Below, piece after piece: positions 8,682-17,245 of a stretch of DNA of 27,126 nucleotides (its first letter is position 1; every line of letters begins with the position of its first letter). The stretch covers positions 1 through 27,126 of the forward strand of contig JAYUGC010000126.1 of the NCBI GenBank assembly GCA_043767805.1, written 5' to 3'. Made by a program: the position numbers and the translations under genes. Under the pieces are notes generated by a model. That model searched no databases and was not told where the DNA came from. It was given only the letters and a program-made list of their open reading frames with translations. The stretch comes from Pseudomonadota bacterium (lineage in GTDB: Bacteria > Bdellovibrionota > FAC87 > UBA2466).

Positions 8682-9155
8682 TCAGTCGAATTGATAGCCA
8701 ACGCGCAACATGACCGTCGAGAAATCGCTGCTCGGGGCCGAGTTGAAAAGCGTGTGCCATCGGAACCCGAGGCCAATCTTGATGCTGTCTTGGAGAATGA
8801 CGTCGCCGTTGGCGCCGAAGTTCAGGCCGAACTTCGTGGCGCTAGCGGTGCCGCCGATGAAGTAGAACCCGGGTCCGAGCTCGCCCGTAAGGTCGAAGTC
8901 CGCGGTGTGCAGTACGTGGAAGGCCGCGTCCACCGTGGGGTGAAAAAGCGTATAGCCGGTGTGCGAGCTGTACTGAACGTGAATCATCACATCGAGATAG
9001 GAGCCCGAGGGGATCCCCAGGTCGCCCCCAAAGCCGATGGCGTTACCGCCCGCTCCGAGTCCGCTCACATGGCCAATCTGGCCACCAAGATAAAGCCCAT
9101 CGCCAGCAAAGGCGGGGGCCGCCAAAAGAAGGAGCGAGCAAAGAAGTCTTTTCAT
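8682..9155 (-). CDS. Small outer-membrane beta-barrel protein (OmpA-TM/porin-like)
   Basis: Signal peptide MKRLLCSLLLLAAPAFA, GLYLGGQIG first strand and terminal strand MLRVGYQF. Confidence 0.8.
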   Translation of the reverse strand: MKRLLCSLLLLAAPAFAGDGLYLGGQIGHVSGLGAGGNAIGFGGDLGIPSGSYLDVMIHVQYSSHTGYTLFHPTVDAAFHVLHTADFDLTGELGPGFYFIGGTASATKFGLNFGANGDVILQDSIKIGLGFRWHTLFNSAPSSDFSTVMLRVGYQFD

Positions 9156-9161
9156 GCCCGC

Positions 9162-9191
9162 ATCTTAAGCGCGAAGAAAAAGGAATGGCAA
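9162..9191 (-). promoter_or_regulatory. Sigma70-type promoter, probably giving a leaderless transcript
   Basis: Minus strand reads TTGCCA-N18-TAAGAT-N6-ATG(9155). No SD. Confidence 0.55.
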
Positions 9192-9223
9192 CGGCATTGA
9201 GCGGTCTGACGCGGGACGTTGAG

Positions 9224-9250
9224 CGTTCCCCGGGGATTCCCCGGCGAACG
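9224..9250. repeat. Palindromic hairpin CGTTCCCCGGGGATTCCCCGGCGAACG (third copy of the CGTTCCCCGGG motif)
   Basis: 12-position stem with one C-C mismatch and an ATT loop. The same 11-mer occurs at 2193 and 27039. Confidence 0.6.
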
Positions 9251-9444
9251 TAACCCGTGCTGTTTGGAAGAAAGACGGGGAACGCTGCACCTTCGTTTCT
9301 GCCAAGGGCCAGCGATGTGAAGGAACAAGCTTTCTCGAACTAGATCACGTCATTCCCTAGAGTCTTGGCGGTAGCTCGCAAAATGCGAGCAATCTCACCG
9401 TACGCTGCCGCGCGCACAACGCAGGGCGTGGTGGCGCGACCTAA
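9238..9444 (+). pseudogene. HNH endonuclease C-terminal fragment, no start codon, in-frame TAG
   Basis: Manual translation: SPANVTRAVWKKDGERCTFVSAKGQRCEGTSFLELDHVIP*SLGGSSQNASNLTVRCRAHNAGRGGAT*. This is the classic VW.RD..RC...C...LE.DH..P...GG....NL...C..HN pattern. TAG at 9358-9360; an upstream in-frame TGA at 9220. Confidence 0.88.
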
Positions 9445-11894
9445 GGAGTCGCGACCACTTCGGCATTGGCCGAAGCTTCGCGGAAGCCGCATTCCTTGTT
9501 CGGGCAGCGGATGGAGGCGCCTTCCTTTTTCGTGTAATGCTCCGTCAGGAACGGGTGCTTACACTGAGGGCATTCCTTGCCTTTGATGGGCTTGTCCCAG
9601 AGCGCGTACTTGCACGTCGGGTACTTCGTGCAGCTGAAGAAAATCTTGCCGAAACGGGTCCGCTTTTCCGAAAGCTCGCCTTCTTTGCACTCCGGGCAAG
9701 AGATGCCCATGGTGACGGCCTTCGTGGTCTTACACGCCGGGTACGAAGAGCAAGCGAGGAACCTTCCGAAACGGCCCGTCTTCACCATCATAGGCGCTTC
9801 GCACTTCGGGCATTTCTCATCGGTGGTCGGCTGCGAGACGAGCTTGATGACGCCGTCTTCCGACGCGAACTCGCTCGTGAACCGGCACTCCGGATAACCC
9901 TGACAGGCGGCGAACTTTCCGTTCTTGCCCCACTTAATGATGAGCGGCTTCGTGCACTTCGGGCACACCAGCTCCGTGGGCGTCTCTTCGCGCTTCACGT
10001 CGCGCATCTTCTTCTTGGCTTCTTCGAGAACGATATCGAACGGGATATAGAAATCAGAAAGAGTCTTCGTCCAGTTGGCCGTGCCTTCCTCAATTTGATC
10101 GAGCTGGTTTTCCATGGAGGCCGTGAAAGTCACGTCCACGATGTTCGCAAAATTTTCGACGAGAAGCTCAGTCACGAGCTCGCCCAATTCCGTCGGGTAG
10201 AAGCGGTTCTCGCGCTTCTCCACGTACTTGCGATCTTGAATGGTGGACAAGATCGACGCGTAGGTCGACGGACGGCCAATGCCTTTGTCCTCGAGCTCTT
10301 TGATGAGCGAGGATTCCGAGAACCGGGGCGGCGGCTGCGTTTCCTTACGCTCCGACTTCACGCCCTGATTATTGATGACGGTCGCTTCGGTAAAACGAGG
10401 AAGCTGCTCGGCCTCATCGCCCTTATCGTCCACCGGCCACATGAGACGGAAACCGTCGAACTTCAAAACACTGCCGGTCGTGCGGAAAATGTAGCTCTTG
10501 CCGTTCTCGCCCTTCGACTCGAAATCGAGAGTGGTTTGATCGGACACGGCCGGAGTCATCTGGGAGGCCAAGAACCGGCGCCAGATGAGATCGTACAATT
10601 TGTACTGATCTTCATCCAAAAACTGTTTCACTTTTTCCGGCGGGTAATTGATGGAAGTGGGCCGGACCGCTTCGTGCGCATCCTGGGCTTTTCCCTTACC
10701 TTTATACTCGGGCGCAGCAGTCGGGATGTACTCCTTGCCATGGGTGGTCTCGAGCCAAGCGCGTGCTTCGGTCACCGCGTCCGCGGACAGACGGGGAGAG
10801 TCGGTACGCATGTAGGTAATGAGACCTTGCGCGCCTTCGTCGCCCAGCTCGATACCTTCATAGAGCTGCTGGGCCAGGGTCATGGTCTTCTTCGCCGTGA
10901 AATAAAGCCGCTTGCTCGACTCCTGCTGGAGGGTCGAAGTAATGAAGGGCGGATAAGGATTCGCTTTGCGTTCCTTCTTCTGAATCGACTCGACCCGCCA
11001 CTGGCCGCCTTGGGCTTGCGTGACGATCTCGTTCGCCCATTCTTCCTTTTCGATGCCCGTACGCTCGATCCGATCTTCATCGATGCGCGCGAGACGAGCG
11101 ACCAAATCTTTGCCTTCGCCCTGGACTTGGGCTTCGATTTCCCAGTACGGCTTCGGGATGAAAGCGCGCACTTCCTTTTCGCGATCGACGATGAGCCGGA
11201 CGGCGACGGACTGCACGCGACCGGCGGAAAGACCGCGGCGCACTTTAGTCCAAAGGATGGGCGAAATCTTATAACCGACCAGCCGATCCAGAATACGGCG
11301 GGCCTGCTGAGACTCGAAACGGTCCTGGTTCAAATGACCTGGATTGGCCAGGGCCTTTAGTACCGCGGGCTTCGTAATTTCGTGAAAGAGAACCCGGTGG
11401 ACGCGGGGCGCCGGCATCTTTAAGATGTCAGCCACATGCCAGGCAATCGCTTCCCCTTCGCGATCCGGATCCGCCGCTAGGTAGATGTGCTCGGCGCGCC
11501 GGGCGGCCTTCATTAGATCTTCGGCTACCTTGACCTTGCCTTTGATGAGCTCGTACGTGGGCTTGAAGCCGTTATCGACGTCGACGCCCAAAGTGCTCTT
11601 CGGCAAGTCCATGACGTGGCCTACGGAAGCGCGGACGTCATAATCGCGGCCCAAATATTTTTTGAGAGTTTTCGCTTTCGCGGGGGACTCTACGATGACC
11701 AACCCTTTGAGCATCCGGCCCTTCGGGGCTTCGGCGTCGAGCTGGGCGGGATCGGGCAAGGAAATCACTTCAGCCGGAGCCGCCTTCGCCTTGGAGGCGC
11801 GCTTTTTCTTGGCCGCCGGAGTTTTCTCCGCGGTGGCTTCGACGGACGCGGTTTTGGAGACGCGCTTTTTCTTGGCTGCTTTAACTTTTTCCAT
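9441..11894 (-). CDS. topA: DNA topoisomerase I (type IA) with Lys/Ala-rich N-terminal extension and four C-terminal Zn ribbons
   Basis: LVIVESPAKAKT, AADPDREGEAIAWH, SAGRVQS, catalytic LITYMRTDS, GIGRPSTY and four CPxC...C repeats. Start is ATG 11894 or TTG 11918. Confidence 0.97.
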   Translation of the reverse strand: MEKVKAAKKKRVSKTASVEATAEKTPAAKKKRASKAKAAPAEVISLPDPAQLDAEAPKGRMLKGLVIVESPAKAKTLKKYLGRDYDVRASVGHVMDLPKSTLGVDVDNGFKPTYELIKGKVKVAEDLMKAARRAEHIYLAADPDREGEAIAWHVADILKMPAPRVHRVLFHEITKPAVLKALANPGHLNQDRFESQQARRILDRLVGYKISPILWTKVRRGLSAGRVQSVAVRLIVDREKEVRAFIPKPYWEIEAQVQGEGKDLVARLARIDEDRIERTGIEKEEWANEIVTQAQGGQWRVESIQKKERKANPYPPFITSTLQQESSKRLYFTAKKTMTLAQQLYEGIELGDEGAQGLITYMRTDSPRLSADAVTEARAWLETTHGKEYIPTAAPEYKGKGKAQDAHEAVRPTSINYPPEKVKQFLDEDQYKLYDLIWRRFLASQMTPAVSDQTTLDFESKGENGKSYIFRTTGSVLKFDGFRLMWPVDDKGDEAEQLPRFTEATVINNQGVKSERKETQPPPRFSESSLIKELEDKGIGRPSTYASILSTIQDRKYVEKRENRFYPTELGELVTELLVENFANIVDVTFTASMENQLDQIEEGTANWTKTLSDFYIPFDIVLEEAKKKMRDVKREETPTELVCPKCTKPLIIKWGKNGKFAACQGYPECRFTSEFASEDGVIKLVSQPTTDEKCPKCEAPMMVKTGRFGRFLACSSYPACKTTKAVTMGISCPECKEGELSEKRTRFGKIFFSCTKYPTCKYALWDKPIKGKECPQCKHPFLTEHYTKKEGASIRCPNKECGFREASANAEVVATP

Positions 11895-11920
11895 GCGACC
11901 GATTTTTCCGAAGTTCAAAT

Positions 11921-12376
11921 TCAGTGAATGGGGGAGTACGACGTGGGTTCCGGATCTCCCTCTGCTTGGAATTTGTGCTCATAGCCGAAAACAGTAAGTG
12001 CCGCAACCGTTTTTATTTCCCGTAACCCCGCCGGTTCTTCCAAGTTCATGGCCTTTTGGACGATCTCGTCCTCGAGCGCATGATCGATAACCCCGCGGCA
12101 TTTGAGCCGCCAAAGGTAACCGCGAACCTTAGTAGAGAGACGCGTCGACTCTTCGTTGGTGAACGTACGATGCACGGGAATGACATCACTCCAGAAGGAT
12201 CCGGGGACGTTCAGGGAGGTGCGCTCGATATGAGAGACGGCTTTCTCGATGTCTTCCTCGGAGTAGCCGCGGCTAGCGAGGTCGTCCCAGATTTCCTGGG
12301 CGTCATAGAAAAGATCCTTGTTCTTCAACAAGGATTGCGACAGCACACCGAGGATATTTAGTGTTTTATCTCTCAA
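11921..12376 (-). CDS. smg: Smg/DUF494 family protein
   Basis: Sits between dprA and topA. Motifs LASRGYSEEDIEKA, RTFTNEESTRLSTKVRGYLWRL and EDEIVQKAM. Probable TTG start at 12376 (MRDKTLNILGVL). Confidence 0.78.
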   Translation of the reverse strand: MRDKTLNILGVLSQSLLKNKDLFYDAQEIWDDLASRGYSEEDIEKAVSHIERTSLNVPGSFWSDVIPVHRTFTNEESTRLSTKVRGYLWRLKCRGVIDHALEDEIVQKAMNLEEPAGLREIKTVAALTVFGYEHKFQAEGDPEPTSYSPIH

Positions 12377-12464
12377 TGAGTAAGTAAGCGCTGATTTATC
12401 GAATTGATTCACCCTAATTTTTGAAGATCGGAACGCGTTTGGCAAGTCACGAGGTGAAATAAAC

Positions 12465-13292
12465 CTAACCGACGTAAAGAAAATGCTGCGCACCGAGACG
12501 AACTATTTCGCCTCGTGTCTCCGCGTCACCGAGACGAACCTCGAGATCCGATAGCGATAAACGCGATACGGCAAAGAGCTGGCTTAAGGTCGCGCTCGCT
12601 CCGAGCAAGCCGAACCAGCGTCGCACGTCCGCACCGACCACGGCCGGAGCGGCCGGCATCACCCCGAGGACTTCCGTCGGATCGGACACGAGCCTCGCGC
12701 CATCGGCGATGAGCCGATGGCTTCCCGAGAACGACGGTGCATCGAAAGCACCGGGCACCACGAAGACTTCCCTCCCCTGGTCGAGCGCGTAGCCCGCCGT
12801 AATCAGGCTTCCGCTCTTTTCCCCCGCTTCGATGACCACCGTGGCATGAGAAAGCGCGGAAAGAATGCGATTGCGGGCCGGAAAATTTCCCCGGCGTGGA
12901 GGCGTGCCCGGCGGATATTCCGAAACGAGACAGCCGCCCCCTTCAATCACTCGCTCGGCGAGCCTTCGGTTCTCTGGCGGGTAAATGCGATCGAGGCCAT
13001 GGGCCAGCACCGCGATGGTAATGCCTCCCGCTTGCAACGCTCCCTCGTGCGCCTTGGTGTCCACGCCTCGGGCAAGGCCGCTCACCACGACTATGCCCGA
13101 GGCAGCAATCCCGCGGCCAAAGCGAAAGGCCGCGCGAAGTCCATCGGCGGTGGGCCGGCGAGTGCCCACCACGGTAATTGAATCTCGCGAGAGAACGCTC
13201 GCATCACCGAGCACGAAAAGACGTTCCGGCGCGCCCGAAGTATCGGCGACACGCGGGCAAACTTTTTGGGGAGACACGACGAGCGTTTCCAT
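12465..13292 (-). CDS. dprA: DNA-processing protein DprA (short form)
   Basis: VVGTRRPT, VVSGLARGVDTKAH, AVLAHGLDRIYP, FPARNRILSALS, EAGEKSGSLITA, GREVFVVPG, LIADGA. Confidence 0.95.
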   Translation of the reverse strand: METLVVSPQKVCPRVADTSGAPERLFVLGDASVLSRDSITVVGTRRPTADGLRAAFRFGRGIAASGIVVVSGLARGVDTKAHEGALQAGGITIAVLAHGLDRIYPPENRRLAERVIEGGGCLVSEYPPGTPPRRGNFPARNRILSALSHATVVIEAGEKSGSLITAGYALDQGREVFVVPGAFDAPSFSGSHRLIADGARLVSDPTEVLGVMPAAPAVVGADVRRWFGLLGASATLSQLFAVSRLSLSDLEVRLGDAETRGEIVRLGAQHFLYVG

Positions 13293-13323
13293 GCCGCGAC
13301 TTTCACGGGCGGAGGGGGCCGGG

Positions 13324-14394
13324 TCAATGACGTGAGGGGAGCGCGCTCACCCGGCGAGCGGCGGAAAGCTCGGTCTGGAGAAACCCTTCCAACTGAGAAG
13401 CGACCCAGGCGTGGCCCACGTCATTGAAATGGTACTCGTCCTTCAAGAAAATCCGGAGCGGGTCCTCCGTGGCGGCGAGCCGGGCGTAGAGATTGAGATA
13501 AGACATTTCCTGTTCCAAGGCGTAAGCGGAAAACCGGCGCGCGATCTTTCCCGGCTCGTGGCGCTCGGGACTTAGGCTCCCTTCAAACTCGATTTTCGTC
13601 GGAATGACCGCGAGCGAAAACCTAGCCCCCGATTCCACGCTGAGCCGTCGTACCTCGTCCACAAGAGCGAGGGAAAGCGACCACGCTTCTTCGAGATCTG
13701 CCGGCATCTCCCGGCGAAACAAATCTTGATCAGTGGCTTTCGCGCCGGAGGCGAGAGGAAAGGAGACCGGAAAATTGCGGAAAATAATTTGAAACGTTTC
13801 CCACTGGGGCGCGAACTTCACTTGATAGGAGTGGAACAACGTCGAGTGGTTGAGGAGATACCACGCGGCGCGCTCTTTGAGCTTCAAGGCAAGGGGCGCG
13901 TTCTGCACGAGGCGGCCGCCCTCGAGCCGGAAAAACCGCTTAGCGTAACTTTCTCGCACGTCGTTTGGAGCGAACATCAAGACGACGACGTCCGGCCGAA
14001 ACTTCAGCCCTTCCTCTTTCAGATAGAGCAGCTCCTGATCGGTGGCCCAAGCGGAAACGGCGCCCGCCATGACTTCAAAATTCTTTCCGAGGTGTGCTTC
14101 GATGAGCGCGCGAAAAGTGCGGTTGTCGGCGACATGCGTGCCGGCGGTAGCGGAATCCCCTAGCAGCAAAATGCGAGTGACGCCTTCCCGTTTCTCGACC
14201 GCATGTTCTCCGTCCCGAAACCCAAGGCTGTTAAAGGAGGTGCCGCCACGCGGATGATAGTTCTTCAGAAAGCGCCAGCCCAAAACAGGATCGTGAACGA
14301 TGCCGCTCACGCGTCCCCCGGAAAGACGCGAGCCCGCCTCGGCTAAAATACCGACGAGGACCACGAGGCTCAGAACTTGAATGATTCGTTTCAC
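13324..14394 (-). CDS. SGNH/GDSL hydrolase-fold protein (AlgX/AlgJ-like), membrane anchored
   Basis: N-terminal TM, NSLGFRD, block I LLGDS, block III FAPND and block V DEYHFN..GH. The GTG overlaps the upstream stop. Confidence 0.85.
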   Translation of the reverse strand: MKRIIQVLSLVVLVGILAEAGSRLSGGRVSGIVHDPVLGWRFLKNYHPRGGTSFNSLGFRDGEHAVEKREGVTRILLLGDSATAGTHVADNRTFRALIEAHLGKNFEVMAGAVSAWATDQELLYLKEEGLKFRPDVVVLMFAPNDVRESYAKRFFRLEGGRLVQNAPLALKLKERAAWYLLNHSTLFHSYQVKFAPQWETFQIIFRNFPVSFPLASGAKATDQDLFRREMPADLEEAWSLSLALVDEVRRLSVESGARFSLAVIPTKIEFEGSLSPERHEPGKIARRFSAYALEQEMSYLNLYARLAATEDPLRIFLKDEYHFNDVGHAWVASQLEGFLQTELSAARRVSALPSRH

Positions 14395-14891
14395 GGTTCT
14401 CTATGCGCCTTCACCCAGTCGGCGACCGGCAGGCCGTCGATACTTAGCGATTTGACGATCACTTGCCCGTCGGTGCCGACCATGGCTTGAAGCGTGGCGT
14501 TCGCCGGAACGCGCGCCAGCTTTCCTTGCCAGGTCTCCGGAATGAAAAAACGGTCCAGCCCCGCCTCGAAACGCCCGTGCTCACAACGGCCCGCCACGAA
14601 AAGATCGCAGCCCGCGGGACGCCCGGCACAAGCGCCCGACCAAGTCGCTTTCGCCGGCACGGTGTCGGAAAGACAGTTACAAGTGGCTTCGCCCGTCGTG
14701 ACCGCGCAGGTCTCGATACCCCATTCCACCGCGTAACGCAGATAGTGACCGGAAAGGAGATCCCGCGGATCGAATCCCTTGATGGCGAAAGTGACCTCTT
14801 TACCGGAACGAATGCCGAGAGCCAGTTTTCCCGTCCAAGCGCCCATGACGATGAGCGGAAACAGCACGGCGAACCAAGCTTTGTAATTCAT
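14391..14891 (-). CDS. GDYXXLXY-family membrane-anchored protein
   Basis: N-terminal TM, GKEVTF..KGFDPRDLLSGHYLRY, GLDRFFIPE. ATG 14891 overlaps the DUF2157 stop and has a GGAGG SD. Confidence 0.82.
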   Translation of the reverse strand: MNYKAWFAVLFPLIVMGAWTGKLALGIRSGKEVTFAIKGFDPRDLLSGHYLRYAVEWGIETCAVTTGEATCNCLSDTVPAKATWSGACAGRPAGCDLFVAGRCEHGRFEAGLDRFFIPETWQGKLARVPANATLQAMVGTDGQVIVKSLSIDGLPVADWVKAHREP

Positions 14892-16036
14892 TGTCTCGCC
14901 TCCAGCCATTTCACCAGTACGGTGCGGTGCTTTTGCCAAACCCTCGCGAGACCCAGAATGACGATGCCCGTGAAGATGAGGCCAATGCCCGTGTTGGCGA
15001 GCGATCCGAAGACTTCGAAGTAAATACAGACGAGCCGAGCGGCGATGACGAAAGTCGCCAGGTCATAAAGTCTTCTCTGCCCGCCCAAAGCCGCCGAAAC
15101 GGCCGTGAGCGAGCCAATCAGCAGAAAGCCGCCGGCTCCGAAGAGCTGCCGGCCTACCTTGGAGAGACCGTCCGGGAACGTGGAGAGAAGCGGTACCGTG
15201 ACGTACACGCCCCAAATGAGAAGCAAAATCGCCGTTCCCATTTTCAGCGCCTTCGAGGTACGAGGGCCACGTAGCAAGGAAGCCACCGCCGTACCAATCA
15301 GCACGAGCCAGGGAATGTATAGATACTCGGCAATCTTATCGGTGTCGTGCCGATCGAGGACGATCCAGAGCACGTTACCCAGGATGGTGCCAGATAAAAG
15401 CGTCGAGGCGAGTCCCCAGAGGAGGGTCGCCGTGCGAAACGCCTCGGGAAACCGGAACCACCTTTCGGAAAGAAAGCCGAGACCCGTCAAGGCTATCGGA
15501 ATGGACGCGGCGATAGAGACGCGCATTCCCGGCTCGCGGGTCCCCGTCGCCCAGACCCCCGCCGTATAAAGGAGGATGAGCATCCAGGCATGGTTGAGAA
15601 GTTTCGACTCGGCCTGAAGGACAGCGACGAGAGTAAGGACGAGCCAAAGCGACAAGGCCCGCCAGCCGTCCCCGGACAGATGGAAAATCTGGGAGACTAG
15701 GCCGATGCCCGCGAGAAACCCGAACGCGAAAAGAGTCACCGCGGTTTCCCGCCATACTCCCGGCTTTTTTTCCTGCTTGAGAAACCAGAGGCCCAGGCCC
15801 ACCTGCAGCAAGAAGTAGCCCGCGAGTTTTACGACGTCTCCCAGCTCGTCCCAGTTCGCGGCGATGAGGCTCACGATGCCGGTGAGTATCGTGGTGACGC
15901 CTATACCGGCGAGCCCGTACATGGCCCAAGGAGTCGATTCCGCTTTCTCGAACTCGACAATCGCCTTGGCTTGAGGAGCGTTCAGCAGACCTTCGCGTAC
16001 CCAGGCCTCGAGCCGACGGGGCAAATTGATGATCAT
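14888..16036 (-). CDS. DUF2157-family multi-pass membrane protein
   Basis: N-terminal WVREGLLNAPQAKAI, GIVSLIAANWDEL, GIGLVSQIFHLSG and many hydrophobic segments. This family is commonly paired with GDYXXLXY. Confidence 0.85.
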   Translation of the reverse strand: MIINLPRRLEAWVREGLLNAPQAKAIVEFEKAESTPWAMYGLAGIGVTTILTGIVSLIAANWDELGDVVKLAGYFLLQVGLGLWFLKQEKKPGVWRETAVTLFAFGFLAGIGLVSQIFHLSGDGWRALSLWLVLTLVAVLQAESKLLNHAWMLILLYTAGVWATGTREPGMRVSIAASIPIALTGLGFLSERWFRFPEAFRTATLLWGLASTLLSGTILGNVLWIVLDRHDTDKIAEYLYIPWLVLIGTAVASLLRGPRTSKALKMGTAILLLIWGVYVTVPLLSTFPDGLSKVGRQLFGAGGFLLIGSLTAVSAALGGQRRLYDLATFVIAARLVCIYFEVFGSLANTGIGLIFTGIVILGLARVWQKHRTVLVKWLEARQ

Positions 16037-16063
16037 GGAAACTGATTGTACACGAACGCGTAC

Positions 16064-17245
16064 TTAATCGAGGATCAGCGTTTGGAGCTGACGCTTCGGA
16101 GGCGGCGGCGGATCGGCGAAGAGCTGGTTGGCAATGAGGGTGTCTCCAATGAAGACGGGAACCTTGTTGCGCAAGATATAGCCGATGGAAGAAACCTCGG
16201 ACACGTAGACGACCTGCACTTCCCCGCTAAAGTCGGGCTCCACGTCGCGGGCGCTTTCCGTCCGGGGATCGGTGTCGCGGAAGATGCGGAAGAGAAAGCC
16301 CTGCTTCATTCCGTCGTCGCTGCCTTTGTTGAGCAGAACGAGATCTCCCTGGCCGAAAATTTTCCGCATGGGCTGCTCGCCCACGACGACCCGGCAGGTG
16401 AAGTTATCGGGCGGATTGAAGATGGCGGACCACTTCACGGCCTTCTGCAGATTAATGAGCTTGTCGCCCCGCTGTATATTGCCGATCATGCGGATGATCT
16501 CCGCTTTCATGAGATTCTCACCGAGGCCGGTGATTTGCACTTCGCCCACGAGCCGCATGAGGGAACCGACCATCGGCGCCCCGGCTTCGGCTTTTTCCAT
16601 GAGCTCGCGGTCAAAGCGCGCCACGGCGAACTGATCCCCGATATGCACCTGTTCCGCGTTGTAGAGATCGAGGTAAATCTCGTCGAGCTCCGCGAAAGTT
16701 TCCTGTACGGTGTACCCGCCGGAAATTTCACCGAGGAAATCTTGATCGCGGGCGACCACCAAAGGCGGGTGGTAGCGGTTTCTCAGCGGGGACGCGAATA
16801 TCGTATCCGATTCCAGTTCGGTGGCGCCCCCGGGCGAGAGCTTCACGAGGGGAATGCGGATGATTCTTTCGGGAGGCGCGTCACTTCCCTCACGGTAGTA
16901 TTTGAGGAGCTGGCCCGAGTTGATTTCGTGCGGGTTGGCCAGGTAATCGTTCACCTGCCAGAGCTTGCGCCAAAGAAACGGATCGCCGAACTGTTTCGAC
17001 GAGATTCCCCAAAGGGTATCGCCGCGGCGGATGGTGTAGGTTTGATTTTCACGCCCTCCGATGAGGTCGAGCCATTTCTCGCGCATGAGACGCGGCCGGA
17101 CCAAGCCCGCGAGAGTCTCTTCGGCGCGGGAAGCGTCGAGGTAGTACTTGCGAGGCGCCTCACCGCGGGCGGAAAAACAAAACGTAAGACAAAGCAGTAG
17201 GAAGAAGGAAGGGTTAAGTGCCGGCCTCTGGCAGTAACGGGACAT
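16064..17245 (-). CDS. LysM peptidoglycan-binding protein (TsaP-like)
   Basis: YTIRRGDTLWGISSKQFGDPFLWRKLWQVNDYLANPHEINSGQ and C-terminal VLLNKGSDDGMKQG. SD AGGAG favours ATG 17245 over 17251. Confidence 0.88.
   Translation of the reverse strand: MSRYCQRPALNPSFFLLLCLTFCFSARGEAPRKYYLDASRAEETLAGLVRPRLMREKWLDLIGGRENQTYTIRRGDTLWGISSKQFGDPFLWRKLWQVNDYLANPHEINSGQLLKYYREGSDAPPERIIRIPLVKLSPGGATELESDTIFASPLRNRYHPPLVVARDQDFLGEISGGYTVQETFAELDEIYLDLYNAEQVHIGDQFAVARFDRELMEKAEAGAPMVGSLMRLVGEVQITGLGENLMKAEIIRMIGNIQRGDKLINLQKAVKWSAIFNPPDNFTCRVVVGEQPMRKIFGQGDLVLLNKGSDDGMKQGFLFRIFRDTDPRTESARDVEPDFSGEVQVVYVSEVSSIGYILRNKVPVFIGDTLIANQLFADPPPPPKRQLQTLILD

Noticed and set aside
9358..9360. TAG read-through or stop-codon recoding in the HNH frame
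   Set aside because: topA and mlaE end in TAG, and the fragment has no start codon. Decay is the simpler explanation.
9537..11360. 607-aa plus-strand ORF, and similar long ORFs at 2979-3875, 3872-4651 and 16046-17200
   Set aside because: Antisense shadows of well-supported genes in GC-rich DNA, with no recognisable motifs.
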